A stretch of DNA of 64,000 nt, taken from a bacterium (GTDB taxonomy: Bacteria > Fidelibacterota > Fidelibacteria > Fidelibacterales > Fidelibacteraceae). The notes under the pieces were generated by a model. It was not told the DNA's origin. It ran no database searches and saw only the letters and a list, made by a program, of their open reading frames with translations. Positions 19,147 through 29,101 of this stretch are shown piece by piece; positions within the stretch are counted from its first letter, which is position 1, and each line of letters opens with the position of its first letter. The translations under genes were made by a program, and so were the position numbers. The DNA lies in contig OY781066.1 of assembly GCA_963676395.1 (NCBI GenBank), forward strand, positions 256,001 to 320,000, given 5' to 3'.

Positions 19147-19623
19147 TTACTGCCTTTCAATGTCATCTAACTTCTTCTTATATATTCGGGCTTCATCCCC
19201 ATCTGGTTGATAAGCTATACCGATGTATTCCCAATTGTAACGTTCATAAAAACTTATGTGATCGGTTGAAAGATACAATGCTTTGTATCCGACGCGTTTT
19301 GCTTCTTGCTCAGCATAGGCAAGCAATTTCCCTGCAAGTCCTTGCTTACGATGAGCTTCTTCTACGAAAACTCCACATAGCCAGGGATAAAGATCATGAC
19401 GAGAGATATAGTCATTCGCAATTAACCCGCAACAGCCAACGATCTCAATACCTATGACCGCAACAAAAAATTGCGGTATATCTTTGTAATTACAGTTCTT
19501 GATCGCATCTTCGATAAAATTGAAGTTACCTTCTCTTCCCCATTTTGAATGATAGTAAGCTATGGCTTTATCAATACCTTCGGAGTAATCGTATATGCGA
19601 ATTATTGTATAGTCGTTTTTCAT
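19147..19623 (-). CDS. GNAT family N-acetyltransferase
   Basis: PWLCGVFVEEAHRKQGLAGKLL, LYLSTDH, FYERYNW. Confidence 0.9.
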   Translation of the reverse strand: MKNDYTIIRIYDYSEGIDKAIAYYHSKWGREGNFNFIEDAIKNCNYKDIPQFFVAVIGIEIVGCCGLIANDYISRHDLYPWLCGVFVEEAHRKQGLAGKLLAYAEQEAKRVGYKALYLSTDHISFYERYNWEYIGIAYQPDGDEARIYKKKLDDIERQ

Positions 19624-19822
19624 TGATTTCCATTTTTAAAAATTCATTGTTTTTTTCATGAAATAAAATATCTTCCGATTTTAAGTTCGAACATGCTAAA
19701 GTCAATCTCATTTTACCGCTGAAAGGATCATATTTATGTTTGCGCAGAGTTTATAGTTACTTGCTTTTATCATCCAGCAAATCATTCATCCTCACAAATA
19801 CATTCTATTTGCTATCCGCCTA

Positions 19823-22030
19823 CTACTCAAACAAAGATGCATCACCTGAATTATAAACCAAGATCACTTCACCCGGAAGTGTCATGATCTCCTTTAATTC
19901 ATGCATTTGTTCTTTGACTTTTCCTTCTTCGTTTTCAGGGACAAAACCGGTAAACAGTACAGCAGAAGGCTCAAGATTATCGCGAACCGCTTCTAATGGG
20001 TCCTCACAGGGAAGCACCAAAACATCGGCTTCAATTCTTGAGAGTGTTAGCATCTCCTTGATTTCATTTTTCAAGTTAAGAACATCCGCCTTGGGTGCCA
20101 CCGTGCGTAGGATTCTGATAGATTTTCCACGCCATTGCCTATTTTGTTTTAACAAGAATGCCATTAGCAAAGAAAGTGGGCCATTCGTTGAATCGTTCCA
20201 CCAGATGTTAATTGCCCCCGAAGCTACAGTCCAAGTCGCTTCTTCGCGTTCTGATTTTACCACTAAAACCGAACGATGCATGTTTTTTGCTAAATCAAGA
20301 ATGGTAGAAAACACGCCAATATTATCCGGATCTTTCGTCCACCCCAAAAGTAATGTATTCGGTCGCAGACCGCCAATACCATGAACTTGTAACAAAGCTT
20401 TTAGTGCGGCCGTAAAATCATCATCAACCACTACCACAGGAAAAGCCGGCAGCTTTTCTTCCCTTAAAAATTTACGCATAAGTTTTTCGGCTTCATTTCT
20501 TCTCACATAACGATCTTCCAGTTCACCGCTCATAACCTGAGCCAGAGAAACGATTCCACGGTTTGCAGAAAATAAACAGGCATAGTTAGCAAGATTCGAA
20601 CGGTTAAAAGCACCCCCGCTAAGCGTAAGAATAGATGGACGCCAATTTTTGGGATGGTAGTCCTCACTTTCAAGTTTTAATAGAGCTTTTCTTGCACGCT
20701 GAAAAGCTAAACCTGATATCATATCACCCCACGAAACGGATATTTTTCGTCTTAGGATATAAAAATACATAGCCGCAACAAGAATGATAGCAATAAGTGC
20801 AAACAAAGGTGATATAAGAATCATTACCGCAAAACAACCAATGGCACCGATAAGGGGTATCGACCAGTGCCAAATCTTAAACACCGGACGAAAACTGGGA
20901 TTAGCAGATGCGATCTCAAAAAAACACGCTAAATTTACCGTACCGTATGTGATCAAAAAAAACATCGTAATGATAGGCGCAATCGTATTTAAATCACCGG
21001 CAAATATTGCTATGGAAGAAATAACAAAGGTAAGAATAATACCACGACGAGGTTCATTGGAAGGACCACTACCTTTCCCAAAGAATTCCAGCGGCTTGAT
21101 AATATCGTCTTTTGCAAAAGCCTGCAATATACGTGGAGCTCCCATCATAGATCCCAAAGCAGAAGACAATGTAGCGGCAAATACGCCGGCATAGATCATC
21201 GGGCCCCACCATGCAGTATCCATCATAACAAAGCTATCACTTAAAAGTGTTTCTCTTGTACTGCTTGCAGCCAAAAGATAAGCAACACCCAAATAGATTA
21301 TGGCGGTAAATGAGATCGCAAGTAAAGTTCCCAATGGAATAGCTTTCCGAGGTTCTTTTAAGTCCCCTGACATATTCACACCTGCCATAATACCGGTAAC
21401 AGCCGGGAAGAAAATGGCAAATACACTAAAAAAGTTAAATTCACCTGTCCATTGTGGCTGCAAGTTCATCTGCAAAATTTCGGGTGATGAGTTTTTCAAG
21501 GCACCAACCACAAAGGATACAATCGATAATAACAATACGGCAAGGATGCCATATTGTATTTTAATTGTCCAACTCGCACCTACATAGACTAAAACAAATA
21601 CAATAACATTCGTAATAAGAGCTACCGTTTGAAAAGACCATCCAATATTCGGGAAAGCGGAAAAAATCGCTTCGGTAAAACCGACAACATACAGAGTTAC
21701 CGCAACGGCCTGAGCAATATAAAAGAAAATTGCGATCACGCCACCGAATTCAACACCCAATGACCGTGAGATCATAAAATATGCTCCCCCGCCCTTTACC
21801 TGCATATTGGTAGAGATCGAAGATAAAGACAAACCGGTAATCAATGAAATCATTTTGGCCGCTAGTAATATATATAAAGCACCCCATAAACCGGCATAAC
21901 CGACCACGTTAGCATATCGCAAGAACATGATCACACCAAGAATGGTTAATACCGAGGGAGTAAACACTCCACCAAAGAAGCCAAATTTGTGTGCACCTTT
22001 ATTTGAATTATTCGTTTTATTATTTGACAT
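19823..22030 (-). CDS. APC-superfamily transporter, cation-chloride cotransporter (SLC12/CCC)-like
   Basis: GVFTPS..TILGVIMFLR, GGGAYFMISRSLGVEFGG, FFPAVTGIMAG.NMSGDLK.P..AIP.GT, APRILQA, LN.IAPIITMFFL; cytoplasmic domain with PKNWRP and GIGGLRPNTLLLGW. Confidence 0.88.
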   Translation of the reverse strand: MSNNKTNNSNKGAHKFGFFGGVFTPSVLTILGVIMFLRYANVVGYAGLWGALYILLAAKMISLITGLSLSSISTNMQVKGGGAYFMISRSLGVEFGGVIAIFFYIAQAVAVTLYVVGFTEAIFSAFPNIGWSFQTVALITNVIVFVLVYVGASWTIKIQYGILAVLLLSIVSFVVGALKNSSPEILQMNLQPQWTGEFNFFSVFAIFFPAVTGIMAGVNMSGDLKEPRKAIPLGTLLAISFTAIIYLGVAYLLAASSTRETLLSDSFVMMDTAWWGPMIYAGVFAATLSSALGSMMGAPRILQAFAKDDIIKPLEFFGKGSGPSNEPRRGIILTFVISSIAIFAGDLNTIAPIITMFFLITYGTVNLACFFEIASANPSFRPVFKIWHWSIPLIGAIGCFAVMILISPLFALIAIILVAAMYFYILRRKISVSWGDMISGLAFQRARKALLKLESEDYHPKNWRPSILTLSGGAFNRSNLANYACLFSANRGIVSLAQVMSGELEDRYVRRNEAEKLMRKFLREEKLPAFPVVVVDDDFTAALKALLQVHGIGGLRPNTLLLGWTKDPDNIGVFSTILDLAKNMHRSVLVVKSEREEATWTVASGAINIWWNDSTNGPLSLLMAFLLKQNRQWRGKSIRILRTVAPKADVLNLKNEIKEMLTLSRIEADVLVLPCEDPLEAVRDNLEPSAVLFTGFVPENEEGKVKEQMHELKEIMTLPGEVILVYNSGDASLFE

Positions 22031-22356
22031 ATTCTTTCTCAATGTTTTCTGTTTAAATGGAATTATTCATGGATGTGATAATATTGCAATTAATTAACAA
22101 TTTGACAAAGGGTTTTCGTGAAAATATTTCCCCTCAATTTTATGGTATTTTTTTAATAGACTGACATTACCTATCTTCTATACTTCATTTTGGTTTACAT
22201 ACACAAATTTAAGCTTAGCATCATTCATCATTCTTTTTCGAAAGATTTTCCCTGAATAAATATTTCCCCCACAATTCCCCCACATTCATAACCTACTTAT
22301 AATCAGCATAATAAAATATCCTATTTCCATTATATGAGCTTATTTTGAAATAATTC

Positions 22357-22401
22357 TTGCAAATTAGTGGGTGATTGTGTAGATTTGTGGGAAGAAGTGG
22401 G
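22357..22401 (+). promoter_or_regulatory. dcw promoter overlapped by MraZ-binding repeats
   Basis: GTGGG at 22367, 22387 and 22397, and GTGTA at 22377 (10-bp periodicity); TTGCAA(22357)-17 bp-TAGATT(22380). Confidence 0.8.
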
Positions 22402-22467
22402 TGTATTCTCATTTCTTCACCGTTGGGTTAGAGGCCAACGGTATCAGAGGTAAAAGGAATAGGTAGA

Positions 22468-22935
22468 GTGGGTTACACAGACTACATAGGTACAAAAGAG
22501 GTTACAGTCGATACCAAGCACCGTGTCAATATACCGGCACAGTTCAGGAAAAATATGGCTGAAGAAAATGTATCGGAAGTAGTCATATCAAGGGCACTGG
22601 ACTCGCAGCATCTGGATATTTATCCCCTTCCCATGTGGATTAAGATCAGGGATAAACTAACCGCTTCGATGCAGCTAATGAACCGGACGCACCGGTCAGT
22701 CCTGCGCCGCATGACCCAGGATGCAGCTCATTGCAAACTGGATAGTCAGGGCCGAGTCATGTTAACGCCCGACTTAATGAAATTCGCGGGAATCACGGAC
22801 GGTAGTACCGTCAAGGTCCTTGGAGTCAGTAGCTTCATGGAGATGTGGAATCCGGAAATTCATACAGAACATGAGGAAAACACCCCACTTACAGATGAGA
22901 TTTACGAAAAACTTGAGAATGTTCCGCTAATTTAA
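22468..22935 (+). CDS. mraZ: Transcriptional regulator MraZ
   Basis: VDTKHRVNIPA, LDSQGRVML, EMWNPE; first gene of the dcw cluster; GTG start. Confidence 0.9.
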   Translation: MGYTDYIGTKEVTVDTKHRVNIPAQFRKNMAEENVSEVVISRALDSQHLDIYPLPMWIKIRDKLTASMQLMNRTHRSVLRRMTQDAAHCKLDSQGRVMLTPDLMKFAGITDGSTVKVLGVSSFMEMWNPEIHTEHEENTPLTDEIYEKLENVPLI

Positions 22936-22944
22936 GGGAAGAAC

Positions 22945-23862
22945 ATGTCAATTTCGTACCGACACACATCGGTGCTTTTAAATGAAACTGTTGATCAGCT
23001 CATTACAAAGCCCGAAGGAGTGTACATTGATGCAACCTGCGGTTTGGGAGGCCATTCCGAAGAAATCGCAAAGCGTTTGTCCGCAAATGCCATGCTATAT
23101 TCTTTCGATTTGGATCCCAGTGCACTGGATTTTGCGCGTGAGCGTCTCAAAGCTTACCCTAATACACATTTTATTCAACAAAACTTCGACAAAATAAAAA
23201 TGTCGCTTATATCACGAGATATTGAGCACTTTGATGGCATTCTATATGACCTGGGTATCTCGAGCATGGAAATCGACTCTCCTGAGCGAGGCTTCTCGTT
23301 TATGCAGGATGGTCCACTTGACATGCGCATGGGAAAAACCGATCTCACGGCGGCAGATATTGTAAATACATATTCTCAAAGCGATCTGGAAAAGATCTTC
23401 CGGGAATACGGAGAAGAACGTTTTTCAGGACGTATCGCAAGAGTTATTGTAGAGTCTCGTCCCTTTGTACGCACTCTCCCCTTGGTCGATTGCATTAAAA
23501 CGGTCGTCCATGGCAAATACGTTACAAAAACATTAGCAAGAATATTTCAAGCACTGCGAATTGAAGTTAACCATGAGCTCGATGCGATTAAAAAAAGCTT
23601 AAGCGATGCACTCGACATGCTTAATCCGGGAGGTCGTATCGTAGTGATCTCTTTTCATTCTTTAGAAGACCGCATCGTAAAAAACTTTTTTCAAGATGCC
23701 TCCAAAGATTGTATTTGCCCACCGGAATCACCGGTTTGCACCTGCGATCATCGAGCTGTTGCTAAAAAGATCACACGCAAACCGATCATCCCAAGCGAAA
23801 TAGAGTTAAAAGAAAACCCAAGAAGTAGATCGGCAAAATGCCGCGTATTGGAGAAACTATGA
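22945..23862 (+). CDS. rsmH: 16S rRNA m4C1402 methyltransferase
   Basis: HTSVLL, DATCGLGGHS, DLGISS, RGFSF..DGPLDMRM, FQALRIEVN, SFHSLEDRIVK, NPRSRSAK. Confidence 0.97.
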   Translation: MSISYRHTSVLLNETVDQLITKPEGVYIDATCGLGGHSEEIAKRLSANAMLYSFDLDPSALDFARERLKAYPNTHFIQQNFDKIKMSLISRDIEHFDGILYDLGISSMEIDSPERGFSFMQDGPLDMRMGKTDLTAADIVNTYSQSDLEKIFREYGEERFSGRIARVIVESRPFVRTLPLVDCIKTVVHGKYVTKTLARIFQALRIEVNHELDAIKKSLSDALDMLNPGGRIVVISFHSLEDRIVKNFFQDASKDCICPPESPVCTCDHRAVAKKITRKPIIPSEIELKENPRSRSAKCRVLEKL

Positions 23863-24182
23863 CAAAGATCGTAAAACCACAGGATATTAACAAAGTTGCT
23901 TTTCTTGAAAAACCCTTTGTATTTAAAGGCCTTATGATCCTTATGGTCGTTTTAACGCTTATTTTATACATGTATATACGCAACGGACTTGAGGCTTACA
24001 ATTCCAGAAACATCACGTTAGAAGAAAATAATGCTCAAATGCAGCAGGAATTAGTCTACTTAAATTCTGAACTGAATGATCTTTCTCGTCCGGGTGAAAT
24101 ACAAAAACTTGCTAAAGAGAAACTGGGTATGGTCAATTCAACACCACAAGCGGATGTTATTTTTATAACAAAAAGAAAATGA
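23859..24182 (+). CDS. ftsL: Cell division protein FtsL
   Basis: Single TM helix + coiled coil + LAKEKLGM; lies between rsmH and ftsI. Confidence 0.8.
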   Translation: MTKIVKPQDINKVAFLEKPFVFKGLMILMVVLTLILYMYIRNGLEAYNSRNITLEENNAQMQQELVYLNSELNDLSRPGEIQKLAKEKLGMVNSTPQADVIFITKRK

Positions 24183-26236
24183 TAGAATATAACCATAAAT
24201 CGCAACAAAAATATTCCAGCCGTATCTGGGCTGTCACCGGGATTATCCTGGCTGTTGCGTTTATTGTTATCATTCGTTTGTCTTCTATACAACTATTTGA
24301 TTCTCAAGGTTTAAAAAGCTATTCACAAAGTCAGGGATTCAGAACCGAAGATATTTTACCTGAACGTGGATTGATTCTTGACCGGAACGGGAATGTGTTG
24401 GCCGACAACATTGTCGTTTATAATATCGGCACCCGTTATATTGATTTACAAAAACCCGAATCTTGTTTTTCCTACATGGCACAGATTTTCGGACGCTCAA
24501 CGGAATTCTACAGAAATAAATTCAAGCAAGAAAAATCATTTTATGTGCTTGAAACACGCATATCGCCCGAATTAGTCGCAAAGATCAAAAACAATCCCGA
24601 TTGCCATGGTTTAAAATACGACAAAATAATGAGCCGTTATTATCCTTATAAAAATGCCGCCGGTCAGGTCTTGGGTTATATCAATGACCAAGGAGAAGGC
24701 AAGTCCGGAATTGAACAGTATTATGACAAAATATTAAAAGGCAAAAAAGGGAAACTTGTTATTCAGCGAGATAAGGGCGGCAATATTATCACATCGCAAA
24801 AATCTCAAAGTATTCCTGCTGTAAATGGCGGCAAGGTTCATACGACCCTGGATATTGAATACCAGATTATTCTCGAAGAGGAATTAGCAAAGACCGTTGA
24901 AAGCAATAAAGCCAAAAGCGGTATGGGCGTGATCATGGATCCAAAAACCGGTGAGGTTCTTGCCATGGCTAACTACCCTCTCTTTGATGCAAATAAATTA
25001 AAATATTCTACACCCGAAGTAAGAAAAAACCGAGTTATCATGGATCAATTTGAACCCGGCTCCATTTTTAAATTCTTACCGATAGCGGCCGCATTAGAAA
25101 AAAACTTGTTTACACCCTCCAGTCGTATTTTTTGCGAAAACGGGCACTGGAAAGTCGATAAATATACAGTACACGATACAAAAGAACACGATTGGCTGAG
25201 TTTAAAAGAGATCATGGTATATTCTTCAAATATCGGCGCAGGAAAAGTTGGGCAAAAACTCGGCAATCAAACATTATATGATTATTCAAGAAAATTTGGT
25301 TTTGGCGAATCCACAGCCATTGGCTTGTATGGTGAAAGTAACGGTTTACTGGAAGTCCCTGAAAAATGGAGTGGCGTTGCTTACTCACAGATCCCAATGG
25401 GACAAGGGATTGCAGTAAGCTTAATGCAAATGATATCTGCTTATTCCGCAGTTGCGAATGGTGGAATTCTACTCAAACCTTATCTTGTGACCAAAACTTT
25501 CAATGAAAAGAACAAGGTCAATTCCATGGCTAAAGTGACCCCTGTAAGACGTGCCATCACTAAAGAAACATCGGAAACTTTGCGCACAATGATGGAAGCT
25601 GTTGTTGATAGCGGTACCGGCAAAGGCGCCTATATTAAAGGTTACCATGTGGCCGGCAAAACAGGAACAGCTCAAAAAGCTGAGAATGGGAAATATTCAA
25701 ACCAAAAATATGTGGCATCCTTCATGGGGTTTTTCCCAGCAAATGACCCGGTACTCGTATGTGGTATCGTTGTTGATGAACCGCAATGGGGTCGCCATCA
25801 TGGTGCTACTTCGGCCGTACCGGCCGTTAAAAACTGCTTTAGCAGAATTATCAATACTCCCAATTTTAACACCCTTTATCCCCAAGTGGCTAAAAAGGGC
25901 TATGTTCCGGAAGTAAGCCAGGAGTCAAAGCGAAACAATCACAAAGAATTTACATCCTTATCTATGATCTATCGATCAAAGGGCAAGGAGAGTAAAGATA
26001 TTATCGGGCAAACAGAGACAGTTGATGAGACAGAGACAGAGGCGATCGACCCAAGCGAATATGACGTGCTTATGCCAAATCTTAAGGGTATGCACGTCTT
26101 AAACGCGGAAAAGAAACTGAGAGATTTCGGTTTGATCGTCCAAAAAAATGCGAGTCGAGGGAGAGTCGTCTCGCAAGAACCTAAAGCCGGCGCGTATTTA
26201 AAGCTTGGCGAAACATGTAAACTGGAAGCAAAGTAA
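24179..26236 (+). CDS. ftsI: Division-specific class B penicillin-binding protein with C-terminal PASTA domain
   Basis: RGLILDRNG, EPGSIFK (SxxK), SSN, KTGTAQ; PASTA at the C-terminus. Confidence 0.93.
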   Translation: MIEYNHKSQQKYSSRIWAVTGIILAVAFIVIIRLSSIQLFDSQGLKSYSQSQGFRTEDILPERGLILDRNGNVLADNIVVYNIGTRYIDLQKPESCFSYMAQIFGRSTEFYRNKFKQEKSFYVLETRISPELVAKIKNNPDCHGLKYDKIMSRYYPYKNAAGQVLGYINDQGEGKSGIEQYYDKILKGKKGKLVIQRDKGGNIITSQKSQSIPAVNGGKVHTTLDIEYQIILEEELAKTVESNKAKSGMGVIMDPKTGEVLAMANYPLFDANKLKYSTPEVRKNRVIMDQFEPGSIFKFLPIAAALEKNLFTPSSRIFCENGHWKVDKYTVHDTKEHDWLSLKEIMVYSSNIGAGKVGQKLGNQTLYDYSRKFGFGESTAIGLYGESNGLLEVPEKWSGVAYSQIPMGQGIAVSLMQMISAYSAVANGGILLKPYLVTKTFNEKNKVNSMAKVTPVRRAITKETSETLRTMMEAVVDSGTGKGAYIKGYHVAGKTGTAQKAENGKYSNQKYVASFMGFFPANDPVLVCGIVVDEPQWGRHHGATSAVPAVKNCFSRIINTPNFNTLYPQVAKKGYVPEVSQESKRNNHKEFTSLSMIYRSKGKESKDIIGQTETVDETETEAIDPSEYDVLMPNLKGMHVLNAEKKLRDFGLIVQKNASRGRVVSQEPKAGAYLKLGETCKLEAK

Positions 26237-27681
26237 TGAAACGCTTATCGACCATACTAAAAGCGCTTGATCTACCCTATCGTATCATGGGAGACGATGT
26301 TCAGATCGAGTCTATTTGTTATGACTCCAGAGTTGTTAAGGCTAACAGTTTATTTGTTGCCATAAAAGGTTACGCGCATGATGGGCATGATTATGTTGAT
26401 CAAGCTATCAAGAATGGAGCCGCTGCTGTCGTGATTGAGCGTGACATGGATATTCATGTCAGTAAATTGATCACGGCAGACACACGCAGAGCGCTGGCTG
26501 AATTAAGTTTTGAGTTTTACGGAACCCAATACAATAATTTTGATCTCTGTGGTATTACAGGTACAAACGGTAAAACTACCATGACTCATCTTTTATATCA
26601 GCTCTGTGAAGCTGATCAAAAGGTTCCGGCATTAGTAGGTACCTTAGGCATTAAAACACCATTTAAGCACATCGCAGGTGAAAGAACCACCCCCGAAAGC
26701 TCAGATCTGGCAAAATTATTTTATGATCTTGATAAAAAGATGATCGATTCCCTTTTCATGGAAGTTTCATCACATGCTTTAGCGTTAAAACGCGTTCATC
26801 ACTTACGTTTTGAAGCCGCCGCGTTTACAAACCTTACCCAAGACCATTTGGATTTTCATGAAAACATGGAAGATTATTTTAAAGCCAAATCGCAATTATT
26901 CTATCATTTAAACCCGGGTGCAAAATCCATAATCAATATCGATGATCCCTATGGGAAACGCTTGTATAATTCACTTGAGATCGCCAAGGTCAGTTATGCC
27001 GTAGATAACAATGAAGCCGATTACCATTATAAAGAATTACAACTGGGTGTAAAAGGTATACAAGGTGTACTTGTTACCCCGGAAGGACATATTAAAATCA
27101 ACGCTCCCCTGCTTGGCAAATTCAATGCCGAAAATATTTCCGGAGCGATTGCTATTTACCGTAGCATGTATCCAAATTCAGCATTAAAAATGGATGAATT
27201 TCATTTTAAATCCGTTCCAGGTAGAATGGAGACCATTATGACATCAAAGGCAACGGCGGTAGTTGATTATGCTCATACACCGGATGCCATGGAAAAAGCA
27301 TTAAAAGCAGCCTCAAAGATCGAAGATCGTAAAAACATTATTTGCGTATTCGGTTGCGGAGGTGACAGAGATAAAGATAAACGCTCTAAAATGGGTGCAA
27401 TCGCGGAAAAATACTCTAATACAATCATTATAACGAACGATAATCCCAGAAATGAAGATCCTCAAAGCATTGCAGACGAGATCTTAACGGGAATTAACGA
27501 TAAACAAGATGTTCGCATCTGTCTGGACAGGGCAAAAGCTATCAAAGAAGCGTGGATGTCATCCAAAGTGGGAGACATTCTGATGGTTCTGGGCAAAGGT
27601 GCCGAAACATACATGGAGATCAAAGGGCAACGACTTCACTTTGATGACAGAGAGAGACTACTGGAGCTAAAGCAGTTATAA
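26236..27681 (+). CDS. murE: UDP-MurNAc-dipeptide--meso-DAP ligase
   Basis: GITGTNGKTT, TTPES, MEVSSH, DHLDFH, DYAHTPD, DNPR (DAP-type motif). Confidence 0.96.
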   Translation: MKRLSTILKALDLPYRIMGDDVQIESICYDSRVVKANSLFVAIKGYAHDGHDYVDQAIKNGAAAVVIERDMDIHVSKLITADTRRALAELSFEFYGTQYNNFDLCGITGTNGKTTMTHLLYQLCEADQKVPALVGTLGIKTPFKHIAGERTTPESSDLAKLFYDLDKKMIDSLFMEVSSHALALKRVHHLRFEAAAFTNLTQDHLDFHENMEDYFKAKSQLFYHLNPGAKSIINIDDPYGKRLYNSLEIAKVSYAVDNNEADYHYKELQLGVKGIQGVLVTPEGHIKINAPLLGKFNAENISGAIAIYRSMYPNSALKMDEFHFKSVPGRMETIMTSKATAVVDYAHTPDAMEKALKAASKIEDRKNIICVFGCGGDRDKDKRSKMGAIAEKYSNTIIITNDNPRNEDPQSIADEILTGINDKQDVRICLDRAKAIKEAWMSSKVGDILMVLGKGAETYMEIKGQRLHFDDRERLLELKQL

Positions 27682-27696
27682 AAGATCCCTCTACCA

Positions 27697-27728
27697 CCCC
27701 GGTGTCGGGAGCCCTCCCGATACCGGGG
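27697..27728. other. GC-rich 14-bp stem hairpin in the murE-murF spacer
   Basis: CCCCGGTGTCGGGA-GCCC-TCCCGATACCGGGG (one G-U pair); no U-tract. Confidence 0.8.
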
Positions 27729-27747
27729 ATCCTAAAAAGGAAAAGCT

Positions 27748-29100
27748 ATGAAAATGAGCTTACTTGAAAATCACGGGTCCTTTGTATTACGCAACATAGG
27801 TTTTGCGGAATTTTCGGGTGTCAGCATTGACTCACGAAATATACCCGAAGGTTACATTTTTTGTGCCTTAAAGGGTGAACATACCGATGGCCATAGTTAT
27901 GTTGCTCAAGCTCTTACGAACGGTGCAAAAGCTGCACTGGTCGATAAAAATTACGCAATGACCGCCGGAGGGGATGAAGCGTTGATCATAGTTGACGAAA
28001 CCTATCAGGGTCTCGTTGATATGGCGACAATCTACGCTCATGCAATAAGCGTTCCCATTCTTGCCATCACAGGCTCGGCGGGAAAGACCTCCACCAGGTC
28101 TCTCATTGCGCATGTTCTTCGCCACCATGGAATGATGGTTAGAGAGACACCGAAGAACTTCAACAACCATATCGGACTACCCATTTCTGTTTTACAAATT
28201 CATGAGAGAGATGAGATAGCAATATTAGAGATGGGTACTTCCGGTATAGGAGAAATTCGCAACCTATGTGAGATAGCTGTTCCTGATTATGGAATAATCA
28301 CCTCCATTGCACATGCACATATCGGAGGATTTGGTTCCATTGATAATGTACAAATAGCAAAATACGAATTATTGGATGCGGTTAAAGAAAACGGCATTTT
28401 ATTCATAAATAATGACGACCCCCGTGTTGCGGCTTATCCAAAAGATGAGCGTAAACGGATCACATATGCTATAAACAACGAAGCAGATGTAAAATTCGAT
28501 GTTATCGATATCGATAACATGGGAAAACATACCCTTGGTTTGGACGACACACACATGAAGTTGCAAAGCAGCGGCAGGGGTGCAGCCATTAATGCTGTAG
28601 TCGCTTATGCATTTGCAAGCACAATCGGGCTGGATGAGAGAGAGACCATCACAGCGATCGAGAGTTTCGAACCTGCGAGAGGCCGGGGTAAAATAGAGAA
28701 TTGGAAAGGCATTATACTAATCGATGACACGTATAATGCCAATCCTTTCTCTGTAAAAAACGCCATCCATGCTTTAGAGAAAATGGATGCTGATGGTAAA
28801 AAATTGATGGTTTTCGGCGATATGCTGGAAATGGGACCTGAAGCAAAGTCTTCCCATGTTGAAATTGGTCGAGAATGTGTTAAGGCGGGCATATCACATT
28901 TATACTGTCTTGGTAATGACAGTGTGCATACCGTCAATACGGCAAAATATGAAGGTATACCCTTTGCAAAGCACTTTTTAGAAAAAAAAGAGCTTGCCTC
29001 CACTTTAATGGACCATGTAGAACCGGGTGATATTGTTCTTTTCAAAGGATCGCGTGGAATAGCGACAGAAGAGATTATTACTCTAATAAAGGACATGTAA
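27748..29100 (+). CDS. murF: UDP-MurNAc-tripeptide--D-Ala-D-Ala ligase
   Basis: ITGSAGKTST, NFNNHIGLP, LEMG, DDTYNANP, GDMLEMG, KGSRG. Confidence 0.96.
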   Translation: MKMSLLENHGSFVLRNIGFAEFSGVSIDSRNIPEGYIFCALKGEHTDGHSYVAQALTNGAKAALVDKNYAMTAGGDEALIIVDETYQGLVDMATIYAHAISVPILAITGSAGKTSTRSLIAHVLRHHGMMVRETPKNFNNHIGLPISVLQIHERDEIAILEMGTSGIGEIRNLCEIAVPDYGIITSIAHAHIGGFGSIDNVQIAKYELLDAVKENGILFINNDDPRVAAYPKDERKRITYAINNEADVKFDVIDIDNMGKHTLGLDDTHMKLQSSGRGAAINAVVAYAFASTIGLDERETITAIESFEPARGRGKIENWKGIILIDDTYNANPFSVKNAIHALEKMDADGKKLMVFGDMLEMGPEAKSSHVEIGRECVKAGISHLYCLGNDSVHTVNTAKYEGIPFAKHFLEKKELASTLMDHVEPGDIVLFKGSRGIATEEIITLIKDM

Positions 29101-29101
29101 T

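Noticed and set aside
16201..19700. Integrative element at tRNA-Arg
   Set aside because: No integrase and no duplicated tRNA 3' end seen
19884..21587. Long plus-strand ORFs opposite the transporter (and similar shadow ORFs opposite murF, ftsZ and thrA)
   Set aside because: Antisense shadows of well-supported genes
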